A stretch of DNA of 64,000 bases from contig CALVVG010000001.1 in the NCBI GenBank assembly GCA_944363795.1, forward strand, positions 373 to 64,372, written 5' to 3'. Shown piece after piece: positions 40,589-50,783 of the stretch. A program made the position numbers and the translations under genes. The DNA is from an uncultured Bacilli bacterium (GTDB lineage: Bacteria > Bacillota_I > Bacilli_A > RF39 > UBA660). The stretch's first letter is position 1. Every line of letters starts with the position of its first letter. The notes beneath the pieces were generated by a model. That model was not told the DNA's origin and searched no databases. It was given only the letters and a program-made list of their open reading frames with translations.

Positions 40589-42184
40589 TTATTGTATTTC
40601 AATTTTATTATTATCAAATATATTACTAATACTGTTTACTAAATCAGTTTTATTATCAAATGCTACTTCATCCTTTATTTCATTTTCAGGCATATAAGTA
40701 TATTTATATTTTTTTCTTAAATTATCTACGTATTTTCTTTTTTCTATATTCCATTTATCTTCACTAATAAAAATTAAATTATAAGTTTTTTTAGAAAATT
40801 CAGCAAATAATGATTCTATTTCTTTTAAATCATTATTTATTTCTATATCTTTATGTTTAATTGTAGTTATTAAAATAGCATATTTATTAGATGCTGTAAC
40901 AACATCGGTATCTGCTACTAATCCCTTTATTAATGCTGAATCTAAATTATTAACAAATTCTTGCCATGTTTTTTTAGTTTCTACCAAATAACTTTTAGAT
41001 GCTTCGACAAAACAATTATTTATTCTAATTTCTATAAAATTTTCCGAAACTTTATTTATTTTTTGCTCAGTATTTTCGTCTTTATTTTGCACTTTACTAT
41101 CTTTTTTAATTGTTTCTTGGGCATCAATTTCTATAGCATTATTGGTTATTGATTCATTATTTTTTGTTAAATAACTTAATAATGTTATTTTTATTAAAAC
41201 ATATGGATCAATACTTATATTTATTTTATTAATTAAATCATTTAATTCTAATATTATATTTTTGCACATATCATAATCAATTTGCCATTTTTTTGATTCA
41301 TCAATGATTTGAGTTGCAACTTTACTTAAAAAATAAACAATTTTTTTTATAACAACCTTATAATTTAAATTATTTTCGGAAAAATCATTAATAATTTTAT
41401 CAAATTTACTTAAATTATTTGTATCCAATGCACTAACTAATTCTTCTATTTTTTTATCAGAGACACTTCCAATCTCTTGATCAACTAGTGTAGAAGTTAT
41501 TTTTTCTTCACTTTTAGATAATTGATCTAATATGCTTAACGCATCTCTTAGACCACCATCAGATAAAATTGCAATTTCTTCTAACCCGGAATCATCATAA
41601 TCTATATTCTCAGAATCACAAACTATTTTTAAATGATTTAATATATCTTTAGTTGTTATTTTTTTAAAGTCAAATCTTTGACACCTTGACAAAATTGTTA
41701 TAGGAACATTTTCCACATTAGTTGTAGCTAATATAAATATGACATGTTCCGGCGGTTCTTCTAATGTTAATAATAAAGCATTAAAAGCGCTCTGACTCAA
41801 CATATGAACTTCATCTATAATATACACTTTATATTTTAATGATGTGGGCATTATTTTAACATTATTTATTAATTCACGAATTTCATCAACGCCATTATTT
41901 GAAGCAGCGTCTATTTCAATTATATCTGGATTTCCTATAAAAGATTGGCAATTTTCACATTTATCACAAGCCGTTCCATTTTCATTATTTAAGCAATTAA
42001 TTGATTTAGCAAGTATTCTAGCAGTTGATGTTTTACCAGTTCCTCTTGGTCCAGAAAACAAATATGCATGGGCTATTTTACCTTCTTTAATTGAATTTTT
42101 TAAAATTTCTACCACGTGATTTTGACCAATCAAATTATCAAAATTATTCGGTCGATATTTTCTGTATAATACTTTATAATTCAT
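40589..42184 (-). CDS. dnaX: DNA polymerase III tau/gamma subunit
   Basis: A 531-aa ORF with an AAA+ P-loop (GPRGTGKTS) and a Zn module (CDKCENC). Confidence 0.9.
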   Translation of the reverse strand: MNYKVLYRKYRPNNFDNLIGQNHVVEILKNSIKEGKIAHAYLFSGPRGTGKTSTARILAKSINCLNNENGTACDKCENCQSFIGNPDIIEIDAASNNGVDEIRELINNVKIMPTSLKYKVYIIDEVHMLSQSAFNALLLTLEEPPEHVIFILATTNVENVPITILSRCQRFDFKKITTKDILNHLKIVCDSENIDYDDSGLEEIAILSDGGLRDALSILDQLSKSEEKITSTLVDQEIGSVSDKKIEELVSALDTNNLSKFDKIINDFSENNLNYKVVIKKIVYFLSKVATQIIDESKKWQIDYDMCKNIILELNDLINKINISIDPYVLIKITLLSYLTKNNESITNNAIEIDAQETIKKDSKVQNKDENTEQKINKVSENFIEIRINNCFVEASKSYLVETKKTWQEFVNNLDSALIKGLVADTDVVTASNKYAILITTIKHKDIEINNDLKEIESLFAEFSKKTYNLIFISEDKWNIEKRKYVDNLRKKYKYTYMPENEIKDEVAFDNKTDLVNSISNIFDNNKIEIQ

Positions 42185-42219
42185 AAAATCGCCCTCCTTT
42201 TTAAATTATAACATATTTA

Positions 42220-42645
42220 TTATTTTTTTTCTCGCAAATTAGCAAAAAATGTCTTTAATATGGCTTTATATTCTGCTTCTTTAATATTTTCAATTTTTAT
42301 GAATTTGGTTTTATTATATTCTTTTTTATTTTCTAGTTTATCAACTAAATAAAAAACCTTATCTATACGGCATTGTTTTATTATTTCTGCGCACATCGAA
42401 CAAGGTTTTAATGTAACTATCATTGTTGATCCTTTTAAATTCCAATTTTTTTCATTTTTCATTGCCATAATTAGAGAATTAACTTCAGCATGTCCTAAGA
42501 CATTATTATTTTTTTCTCTTGTGTTATAACCTTTTCCAATAATTATGCCATCTTTAATAACTATTGCTCCAATCGGTATATCACCATTTTGTTTAGCTAC
42601 GCAAGCTAATTTAATTACTTCATCAATATAATCATCTAAATTCAC
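42220..42645 (-). CDS. tadA: tRNA-specific adenosine deaminase TadA (GTG start giving VNLDDYIDEV... with a GGAGG RBS; the track ORF start overlaps ffs)
   Basis: Contains the deaminase zinc motifs HAEVNSL and PCSMCA. Confidence 0.85.
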   Translation of the reverse strand: MNLDDYIDEVIKLACVAKQNGDIPIGAIVIKDGIIIGKGYNTREKNNNVLGHAEVNSLIMAMKNEKNWNLKGSTMIVTLKPCSMCAEIIKQCRIDKVFYLVDKLENKKEYNKTKFIKIENIKEAEYKAILKTFFANLREKK

Positions 42646-42660
42646 AAAAACCTCCAAATA

Positions 42661-42738
42661 AAAAGTGCACACAAACATTGGCTGATGTGGCTGCTATCTT
42701 CCGATTCTGACCAGGTTACAGCATATTTGTTGCACAAA
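42661..42738 (-). ncRNA. ffs: small-type SRP RNA (4.5S-like)
   Basis: The minus-strand transcript carries the conserved domain IV elements in order: CCUGGUCAG, then AUC-GGAA-GAU (a GNRA tetraloop helix), then AGCAGCC. It also has terminal pairing, a 3' U-run, and an upstream TTGACA-17-TATTAT promoter. Confidence 0.6.
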
Positions 42739-42787
42739 ACTATAATACCAAATTAATTATTTAGTGTCAATTAATTGTTTTAAAATT

Positions 42788-42801
42788 ATTTCCCGGGAAA
42801 T
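42788..42801. other. exact Noc-binding site (NBS) palindrome ATTTCCCGGGAAAT
   Basis: A perfect 14-bp match to the B. subtilis NBS consensus, embedded in a 24-bp perfect palindrome AAATTATTTCCCGGGAAATAATTT. Confidence 0.6.
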
Positions 42802-43003
42802 AATTTTAAATGAATAATAATTTTATGCAATTATTTATTATTATATAAAAAAAAGGTATTTAATATTTTATAAATTTGCCTTAAACACATAAAAAAACAA
42901 GGATTTTACGTGCAAAATAAAAAGCAAGAATTTTTTTAAAGATAATCCGCTTGCTCGAAAAACGAACATTTGTTTATATTTGTTATAAAATATAAATATT
43001 TAA

Positions 43004-43019
43004 TGTTTCACGTGAAACA
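43004..43019. other. parS site 1 (TGTTTCACGTGAAACA)
   Basis: A perfect 16-bp palindromic parS consensus, lying within a 20-bp palindrome. Confidence 0.85.
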
Positions 43020-43094
43020 TTAAATGATATGATCATTTTTTAATAAATTTGACGTAAATTAAGTTTTTACAAAAATCAAATTTATAAGTAACTA

Positions 43095-43110
43095 TGTTTC
43101 ACGTGAAACA
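43095..43110. other. parS site 2
   Basis: An identical 16-mer, lying within a 26-bp palindrome. Confidence 0.85.
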
Positions 43111-43137
43111 TAGTTAAGTTTAAAAAAATTATCAAGC

Positions 43138-43230
<93 letters not shown>

Positions 43231-43266
43231 TTTTTGCTTTTTTATATATAATTAACTCTTAATCAA

Positions 43267-43282
43267 TGTTTCACGTGAAACA
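43267..43282. other. parS site 3
   Basis: An identical 16-mer. Confidence 0.85.
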
Positions 43283-43339
43283 TTAAAACTAAAAATATAT
43301 ATTATATTTATATAGTAAAATATAATAACATTAAAACAA

Positions 43340-43355
43340 TGTTTCACGTGAAACA
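43340..43355. other. parS site 4
   Basis: An identical 16-mer, lying within a 34-bp perfect palindrome. Confidence 0.85.
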
Positions 43356-43410
43356 TTGTTTTAATGTTAGTTTGCTTCATTTAAATTGATATATTTCAAT
43401 ATAAAAGTTA

Positions 43411-43426
43411 TGTTTCACGTGAAACA
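43411..43426. other. parS site 5
   Basis: An identical 16-mer, lying within a 32-bp perfect palindrome immediately downstream of the gyrA stop. Confidence 0.85.
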
Positions 43427-43444
43427 TAACTTTTAATTGCATTA

Positions 43445-45886
43445 CTAACAGTTGCCTTCTTCTGTTTTATCATTTATTTCTTTATCAACTAAACTTATTG
43501 TAGAAACTTTTTGATTGTCCTTTAAATTAATTAATCTTAAGCCTTGAGTTGCACGACCTAAAACGGATATTTGATCTATAGGCATTCTCATAGTCATTCC
43601 CGAATCTGTCATTATTACTAATTCTTTAGTTTCTTCAACTATTTTAATAGCCACAATGCCACCATTTTTATTAGTAATATTTAATGCTTTAACTCCTTTG
43701 CTTCCTCGACTGGTTTGTCTAAAGTCACGAACTTTTGTTTGTTTGCCGTAACCTTTTTCAGTTACTAATAATATAGTATCATCTTCATTAACAATTTCAC
43801 AGCATATACATTTGCCACTATCTAAGTTAATTCCTCGAACTCCGCTAGCTGTACGTCCCATGACTCTAATATCATTTTCATTAAATTTTACCATTCTCCC
43901 ATTAGTATTTCCTAATAAAACTAAATTTGCACCATCCGTCTTTTTTACATCAATTAATTCATCATCATCTTTTAATGTGATACAAATTTTACCATTATTT
44001 CGTATATTTTCAAATTCATTTATTAAGGTTCTTTTAACAATACCTTTCTTTGTAGCAAATAATAAATATTTATAATTTTCATCCTTGCTAATTTTAATAA
44101 CGGCATTAATTTTTTCACTTTTATCAATAGGTAAAAGATTAATAATTGGTATTCCTTTAGATTGACGATTAAATTCTGGAATCTCATATCCTTTTAAGCG
44201 ATAAACTTTACCTTTATTAGTAAAAAATAACACAAAATCATGAGTTGATAAGTTAATTAAATGTTCAACAAAATCTTCATCATTAGTGGTTATTCCCTTT
44301 ATTCCAACACCGCCCCGATTTTGGGCTTTAAAAGTATCAGAAGCAGTTCTTTTAATATAACCCTTGTTAGTTATTACTAATAATACATTTTCTTCAGGAA
44401 TTAATGATTCATCTTCAATAAAATCAATTGCAGTCATATCAATTTTAGTACGACGTTCATCACCATATTTATTTTTTATTTCTAACATTTCTTCCTTAAT
44501 TATATTTAATACCAAATTTTTATCGGCTAAAATAGCTCTTAAACGTTGTATTTCAGTTAATAAATTATTTAATTCATCTTCGATTTTTTCTCTTTCTAAA
44601 CCTGTTAAACGTCGTAATTTTAATTCTAGAATACTATCTGCTTGAATTTCACTTAAATTAAATCTTTCAATTAATTTTGTTTTAGCTTCTTGATCAGCTT
44701 TAGATTCTTTTATTACTTTAATAACTTCATCAATATTATCTAATGCAATTTTGTATCCTTCTAAAATATGAACTCTTTTTTCCGCTTTATCCAAATCAAA
44801 TTGAGTTCTTCTTATGATTACTTCAACTTGAAAATCTACATATTTAGAAATAATACTTTTTAAATCTAAAGTTCTTGGAATCTTATTATCTAGCATTAAT
44901 AAAGTAATACTATATGTAGTTTGTAATTGTGTATGTCTATATAAATTGTTTAAAACTACACTAGCATTAGCATCTCTTTTTAATGTAATTACTATCTTAA
45001 CACCATTTTCTAAATTTGTTTCTTCATGATAATCTGCAATACCATCTATGATTTTATCTCTAACTAATTCTCCAATTTTCTTTTTTAATTCTAAAGTGTT
45101 CATTCCATAGGGAATTTCAGTAATAATTATACGATGTTTTCCAGCATTTTCTTCTATTTCAGCTTTACAACGGATGGTTATAGTTCCTTTTCCAGTTTCA
45201 TAAGCTTTTTTAATGCCTGAATTACCTAAAATAATTGCACCAGTTGGAAAATCTGGGCCTTTAACATATTCCATTAATTCTGAAATTGTAATATCTGGAT
45301 TATCAATGTAGGCAATACAACCATCAATTACTTCACCTAAATTATGGGGAGGAATATTAGTTGCCATACCAACTGCAATTCCCATGGTTCCATTAACTAA
45401 AATATTGGGGAATCTACTAGGCAAAACTTCTGGTTCCATTTCGGTTTCATCAAAATTAGGCTCAAAATTAATAGTATTTTTATTAATATCTCTTAATAAT
45501 TCTAAAGAAATTTTAGCTAATTTTGCTTCAGTATAACGCATTGCTGCAGCACCATCACCATCCATATTACCAAAATTTCCGTGTCCATCAACCAGCATAT
45601 AACGATAACTAAAATCTTGAGCCATTCTAACCATTGCATCATATATAGATGAATCTCCATGAGGATGATATTTTCCCATTACATCCCCTACAACTCTAGC
45701 ACATTTACGATATTGTTTATCTGGAGTATACCCTGAATCATACATTGAGTATAAAATTCTTCTATGAACTGGTTTTAATCCATCTCTTAAGTCCGGTATA
45801 GCTCTTGAAACGATAACACTCATGGAATAGTCTAAAAATGATTTTTCTATTTCATCAACAATATTGTTTTGTTTAATTCTATCCAT
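43445..45886 (-). CDS. gyrA: DNA gyrase subunit A
   Basis: An 813-aa ORF with the active-site Tyr region ([11 protein letters not shown]) and the QRDR motif ([10 protein letters not shown]). Confidence 0.95.
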   Translation of the reverse strand: MDRIKQNNIVDEIEKSFLDYSMSVIVSRAIPDLRDGLKPVHRRILYSMYDSGYTPDKQYRKCARVVGDVMGKYHPHGDSSIYDAMVRMAQDFSYRYMLVDGHGNFGNMDGDGAAAMRYTEAKLAKISLELLRDINKNTINFEPNFDETEMEPEVLPSRFPNILVNGTMGIAVGMATNIPPHNLGEVIDGCIAYIDNPDITISELMEYVKGPDFPTGAIILGNSGIKKAYETGKGTITIRCKAEIEENAGKHRIIITEIPYGMNTLELKKKIGELVRDKIIDGIADYHEETNLENGVKIVITLKRDANASVVLNNLYRHTQLQTTYSITLLMLDNKIPRTLDLKSIISKYVDFQVEVIIRRTQFDLDKAEKRVHILEGYKIALDNIDEVIKVIKESKADQEAKTKLIERFNLSEIQADSILELKLRRLTGLEREKIEDELNNLLTEIQRLRAILADKNLVLNIIKEEMLEIKNKYGDERRTKIDMTAIDFIEDESLIPEENVLLVITNKGYIKRTASDTFKAQNRGGVGIKGITTNDEDFVEHLINLSTHDFVLFFTNKGKVYRLKGYEIPEFNRQSKGIPIINLLPIDKSEKINAVIKISKDENYKYLLFATKKGIVKRTLINEFENIRNNGKICITLKDDDELIDVKKTDGANLVLLGNTNGRMVKFNENDIRVMGRTASGVRGINLDSGKCICCEIVNEDDTILLVTEKGYGKQTKVRDFRQTSRGSKGVKALNITNKNGGIVAIKIVEETKELVIMTDSGMTMRMPIDQISVLGRATQGLRLINLKDNQKVSTISLVDKEINDKTEEGNC

Positions 45887-45896
45887 ATTAACCTCC

Positions 45897-47813
45897 CTAA
45901 ATATCTAAGATAGCATAACCTGCATTTTTTTCTATAAATTCTCTTCTTGGTTCTACTTCTTCTCCCATCAATTTTTCAAATGCTGCATCTGCTTCTTTTA
46001 AATCATCAACAGTTATTTGTCTTAAAATTCTAGTTGATTTGGCCATTGTAGTGTCTCTAAGTTCATCAGGATCCATTTCTCCTAATCCTTTATTTCTAGC
46101 AATTTCTGGTTTTACATTTGGTGGTAAGCTAGCTAAATACTCATCTTTTTCGGCTTCATCTAAAACATATTTAATTGTTTTGCCATGTGTAATTTTAAAA
46201 AGTGGAGGATTTGCAGCATATACATGTCCAGCCTCAACAATGGGTCTAAAAAAGCGATAAAACAACGTTAATAATAGTACTCTAATATGAGATCCATCAA
46301 CATCAGCATCTGTCATGATAATTATTTTATGATATCTTAATTTACTTAAATCAAAATCATCACCAATGCCAGTTCCAAAGGCTGTAATTATAGTTTTTAT
46401 TTCTTCATTACTTAAAGCTCTATCTAATCTAGCTTTTTCAACATTTAAAATTTTTCCTCTCAATGGTAATATTGCTTGAGTCATATAATCTCGTCCATTT
46501 TTAGCAGATCCGCCTGCTGAATCTCCTTCGACTAAAAAGATTTCTGATTCACTTGGGTCTTTACTTTTACAATCAGTTAATTTTCCAAATGTTGTAGTAA
46601 TTTCCAAGTCACCTTTTCGTCTTACTAATTCTCGAGCTTTTTTGGCAGCAACACGAGCTCTAGAAGCAGATAAAGCTTTATCTATAATAATTTTAGCTAC
46701 ACTAGGATTTTCCATTAAATATCTCTCAAAACCAGTACCAAATACATCACTAGCTATTTTCTTTACTTCTGAATTTCCTAATTTTGTTTTAGTTTGTCCT
46801 TCAAATTGCGGATCAGGATGCTTACAAGAAATAATCATTGTTAAACCTTCTCGAACATCTTCACCAGACAATGACTCATCTTTCTCTTTTAATAATTTAG
46901 CATTTTTTGCATAATTATTAATAACTCTAGTTAAAGCTAATTTAACTCCATCTTCATGTGTTCCACCTTCATAAGTATTAATATTATTGGTAAATGAATA
47001 AATATTAGAATTATAACTATCATTATATTGTAAAGCCACTTCAAAAAATATATTATTTTCTTCTCCACTCAAATAAATAACATCATTATGTAAAACATTT
47101 TTATTTTTGTTTAGTAGTTGAACATATTCAATAATTCCACCATTATAAAGAAAAGTATCATGCTTTTCTTCCAATCTATGGTCATATAAATTTATTCTTA
47201 AACCTTTATTTAAAAAGGCTATTTCTTGTAATCTTTTATGTAATATGTCATAATCATATACAGTTGTTTCTTTAAAAATTTCTCCATCAGCTTTAAATCT
47301 TATTGTACTTCCCGTTCTTTCTTTATCACAAGAATCAATAATCTTTAAAGGTTCACAAGGATGACCACCATTTTCAAAACGTTGATAATAAACATTACCA
47401 TCACGATATATTTTAACTTCCAACCAATTTGATAATGCATTAACAACTGATGCTCCAACACCATGAAGACCACCACTTACTTTATATCCTTCGCCACCAA
47501 ATTTACCTCCAGCATGTAAAACAGTAAAAATTGTTTCAACTGTTGATAAACCCGTTTTAGCATTTATACCAGTGGGAATACCTCTACCGTCATCACGAAC
47601 TTCAATTACATCGCCTTTATCGATAATAACTTCTATATCATCGCAAAAACCAGCTAAAGCTTCATCTACAGCGTTATCAACTATTTCCCATACTAAATGA
47701 TGTAAACCTTTTTCACTAGTACTACCAATATACATTCCAGGTCTTTTTCTAACGGCTTCTAATCCTTCCAATACTTGTATATCAGAATCAGTATAATGTG
47801 CTTCTTTATTCAT
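45897..47813 (-). CDS. gyrB: DNA gyrase subunit B
   Basis: A 638-aa ORF with a GHKL ATPase domain and a Toprim domain ([10 protein letters not shown]). Confidence 0.95.
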   Translation of the reverse strand: MNKEAHYTDSDIQVLEGLEAVRKRPGMYIGSTSEKGLHHLVWEIVDNAVDEALAGFCDDIEVIIDKGDVIEVRDDGRGIPTGINAKTGLSTVETIFTVLHAGGKFGGEGYKVSGGLHGVGASVVNALSNWLEVKIYRDGNVYYQRFENGGHPCEPLKIIDSCDKERTGSTIRFKADGEIFKETTVYDYDILHKRLQEIAFLNKGLRINLYDHRLEEKHDTFLYNGGIIEYVQLLNKNKNVLHNDVIYLSGEENNIFFEVALQYNDSYNSNIYSFTNNINTYEGGTHEDGVKLALTRVINNYAKNAKLLKEKDESLSGEDVREGLTMIISCKHPDPQFEGQTKTKLGNSEVKKIASDVFGTGFERYLMENPSVAKIIIDKALSASRARVAAKKARELVRRKGDLEITTTFGKLTDCKSKDPSESEIFLVEGDSAGGSAKNGRDYMTQAILPLRGKILNVEKARLDRALSNEEIKTIITAFGTGIGDDFDLSKLRYHKIIIMTDADVDGSHIRVLLLTLFYRFFRPIVEAGHVYAANPPLFKITHGKTIKYVLDEAEKDEYLASLPPNVKPEIARNKGLGEMDPDELRDTTMAKSTRILRQITVDDLKEADAAFEKLMGEEVEPRREFIEKNAGYAILDI

Positions 47814-48906
47814 ATAAATCCTCCTTTATAGTACCATTTTCTACCTTAAAAATTTTAGCTTTTTTTATTATCTTTTTCTCTATTTTATTTACTTCTGTCG
47901 TTGTAATAAAAGTTTGCACTTTATCATTTAATAACTTTAAAATGTTCATTATTTTTTCTTTATCAAGTTCGCTAAATAAATCATCTAAAATAAGTATTGG
48001 ATAATATTTTTTTTGTTGATATATAACATTTAATTCAGCTAATTTAAATGAAATTATGGCATTTTTTCTTTGTCCCTCACTACCCCATTCTTTCAAATTA
48101 TTATTATCTAATATAAACTCTAAATCATCGTGATGTATCCCTAAAATTGTTTTTCCAATTTCCATTTCTTTTGCATAATTTTTTTGATAACTTTTTAATA
48201 GCATATTTTCTGTTTTATTTTTATAACTAGAAATGTATTTTAATTTTAATTCACCACTATTAAAAATACTTTTAAATATTTCAGTTATATAACTATTTAT
48301 GTTATCACAAAAACTAGCTCGATATTTATAAATTACTAAACCATATTCAATAAGTTTTTTTGTTAAAATATTTAAATATTCAATATCGTTATTTCCATTA
48401 ATATACATCGATCTTAAATAAAAATTTCTTTGTTTTAGTATTTTTTCATAATTAGACAAAACAATAAGGTATTCTTTAAACAATTGACTTATTTCTATAT
48501 TTAATAATTTTCTTCTGTCCATTGGTGGTGCATCAATCAATCTTGTATCAAATGGACTAAATAAAATAATGTTTATTTTAGAAACATAATCGCTTATTTT
48601 ATCAACTTTTTGATCATTAATTTCAACTGATTTTCCATCTTTACTTAAAATTACACTATAATTTGATAAATCATCTTTTTTTAATATTTCCCCCTTTACT
48701 TTTGATTTAATATTTCCTTTTCTTATTAATGATTTATCATTACTAATTCTAAATGATTTAGTTAAAGATAATAAATATATAGCTTCAATTAAATTAGTTT
48801 TACCCGAACCATTTTTACCATAAAATATATTTAAAAAATCAGAAAATTGAATATCTAGTTTTTCATAATTTCGAAAATTTATTAAGTAAAGTGATTCAAC
48901 CTTCAT
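47806..48906 (-). CDS. recF: DNA replication and repair protein RecF
   Basis: A 366-aa ORF with a Walker A motif (GKNGSGKTN) and the SMC-like signature. Confidence 0.9.
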   Translation of the reverse strand: MKVESLYLINFRNYEKLDIQFSDFLNIFYGKNGSGKTNLIEAIYLLSLTKSFRISNDKSLIRKGNIKSKVKGEILKKDDLSNYSVILSKDGKSVEINDQKVDKISDYVSKINIILFSPFDTRLIDAPPMDRRKLLNIEISQLFKEYLIVLSNYEKILKQRNFYLRSMYINGNNDIEYLNILTKKLIEYGLVIYKYRASFCDNINSYITEIFKSIFNSGELKLKYISSYKNKTENMLLKSYQKNYAKEMEIGKTILGIHHDDLEFILDNNNLKEWGSEGQRKNAIISFKLAELNVIYQQKKYYPILILDDLFSELDKEKIMNILKLLNDKVQTFITTTEVNKIEKKIIKKAKIFKVENGTIKEDLYE

Positions 48907-49014
48907 ATATTTACCCCCATTTAACTATTCAAATTTAATTTTTAAGGTATTTTTTGTATACCTATACACATACTTATTATAACATAATTTAAAGCTATAT
49001 AAAAGCATAATTTA

Positions 49015-49446
49015 TTATCTAGAAGTATATATTACTAATAATCTACTACATTTTAAAATTTGATTATTAAAAACAGTATACGAAGTATTAATTAATTTAT
49101 GATATCCATTTATAAATTCAATTTTAATCATTTTATTTATTTGTTGATAATCCTTTATTAACTTAAAGTTAAACCAATATACCTTGTTATCATTATCTTT
49201 TAAATAAAAGAAAATAAGATGATATTTTTCACTTATAATAATTGGTATTTTATAATAACTTTTTATATAGTTTTTAGATCCCTTTATCCTTCCTTTCAAT
49301 GTTGAACCATAGTAAATACAACTATTTTCTAAGACTTTTTTAATATTAGTAACGTTATCAACATATTGATTATCTAATTCTTCAATTATGAGCTCATTTT
49401 TTTGTTCTTCTAAAAATAATGTTTTTTCATTAATAATATAATTCAT
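49015..49446 (-). CDS. ComK-family competence transcription factor-like protein
   Basis: SCIYYGSTLKGRIKGSKNYIKSYYKIPIIIS...LIFFYL...VYWFNF...FINGY...FNNQ aligns with the B. subtilis ComK core SCRFFGSSYAGRKAGT...KPPIMV...IFLFPT...GWIS...FSNG...FENQ. It has its own GGGAGG RBS. Confidence 0.55.
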   Translation of the reverse strand: MNYIINEKTLFLEEQKNELIIEELDNQYVDNVTNIKKVLENSCIYYGSTLKGRIKGSKNYIKSYYKIPIIISEKYHLIFFYLKDNDNKVYWFNFKLIKDYQQINKMIKIEFINGYHKLINTSYTVFNNQILKCSRLLVIYTSR

Positions 49447-49504
49447 AATTTTCCTCCCTAATGAGTGCCTATTGTACTTTATTTAAATTGTAAATTATGT
49501 CGAA

Positions 49505-49540
49505 AAAAAAAGAACAAATCAAATTTCGTTCTTTTTTTAG
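49505..49540. terminator. bidirectional terminator between dnaN and the ComK-like gene
   Basis: The hairpin AGAACaaatcaaatttcGTTCT is flanked by A9 and T9 runs. Confidence 0.5.
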
Positions 49541-50655
49541 TAAGTTTTTATTGGTAAAATCAATTCTAATAAAGTTTCATCAGTAATCGGTTTAATTAAA
49601 ATTGGTTTATCATCAGTATTTAATAGTAATAAAATATTATCTTCTTTTATAACTTTTAAAGCATCCATCATATATTTTGAACTGAATGATATTTCTATTT
49701 TTTCTTTATTATTACAATCAATATGCAATTTTTCTTCTGCATTTCCTAGTTCATTACTTGTGGATGTAATAATCATATCTTTATCCTCTATATGCATTTT
49801 GATTATATTTTTTTCTTTATTTTGTGCTAATAATGCTGCTCTATCAACAGCATCATAAAATTCTTTTAAATTAAGATTAATCATGTATGCAAAGTCTGTT
49901 GGTATGAAATGAGAAGTTTCCGGATAAGTTCCACTAAGTAAATTACTTTGAATATAAATATTTTTATAAATAAATAATATTTTGTTGGTAAATACATGAA
50001 TTTCAACATTTTCATCTTCACTAATTATCTTTTCTAATTCCGTAATACTTCTTCCCGGTATAACAATATTAATCATTTTATTAACTGGTGTTGATAACTT
50101 GATATTTTTTTTAGATAAACGATATGAATCTGTTGCAATACATTCTAGAATATCACCATTTATTTTTAAATTAATTCCCGTTAAAAGTGGCCTTACTTCT
50201 TGCGTTGATAAAGCATATGAAGTTTGAGTTATTATTTCCCTTAATTTATCAGCTGCAATATTGATAAATTCTTCACTCTTTTCAATATTAATATTTGGAT
50301 AATCATTTGGATTATAACAATTTAAACGATATTGATTACTAGGTGTTGATATTTTTATTTTTAAATTATCTTCAATTTCAAAATCAATTAGATCTGAAGG
50401 CATTTTCCTTATCATATCTATAAAATATTTACTTTGAATAATTATTCTGCCCTTTCCTTCTAAGTGTTTAATATCTTTTTCTGATATTGTTACTTTTATA
50501 GTTAATTCTGAATCACTTGCTAAAAGATCAATTCCTTCTTCTGTAACATCAAAAACAATACCATTTAAAACAGGAATAGTTGTTCTTTGTGATAATGCTT
50601 TAGTTACATTACTTAATGCTTCTAATATAATATTTTTTTCAATTGTCCATTTCAT
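49537..50655 (-). CDS. dnaN: DNA polymerase III beta sliding clamp
   Basis: A 372-aa ORF with the three-domain clamp architecture, lying downstream of dnaA. Confidence 0.9.
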   Translation of the reverse strand: MKWTIEKNIILEALSNVTKALSQRTTIPVLNGIVFDVTEEGIDLLASDSELTIKVTISEKDIKHLEGKGRIIIQSKYFIDMIRKMPSDLIDFEIEDNLKIKISTPSNQYRLNCYNPNDYPNINIEKSEEFINIAADKLREIITQTSYALSTQEVRPLLTGINLKINGDILECIATDSYRLSKKNIKLSTPVNKMINIVIPGRSITELEKIISEDENVEIHVFTNKILFIYKNIYIQSNLLSGTYPETSHFIPTDFAYMINLNLKEFYDAVDRAALLAQNKEKNIIKMHIEDKDMIITSTSNELGNAEEKLHIDCNNKEKIEISFSSKYMMDALKVIKEDNILLLLNTDDKPILIKPITDETLLELILPIKTY

Positions 50656-50783
50656 ATAAAAATTCCTTCTTTCTTTTTTTTTAAATTAATTATTTTATTT
50701 ATAACGTTAATAATGTTGATAAATATATTATAACATACATTATCCCTTATTTTTCCTTATGTTATTTTTTTAAGTTATCAACA
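50656..50783. other. dnaA-dnaN intergenic origin element, with DnaA boxes and an AT-rich candidate unwinding element
   Basis: Contains TTATCAACA/TGTTGATAA boxes and a region of over 90% AT, as in the bipartite Bacillus-type oriC. Confidence 0.5.

Noticed and set aside
42901-42975. Hairpin AGCAAG...CTTGCT with a 22-nt loop, and a CACGTG-like half site, in the gyrA-ffs spacer
   Set aside because: The stem is weak (6 bp) and the loop is large. There is no flanking U-run and no recognisable motif.
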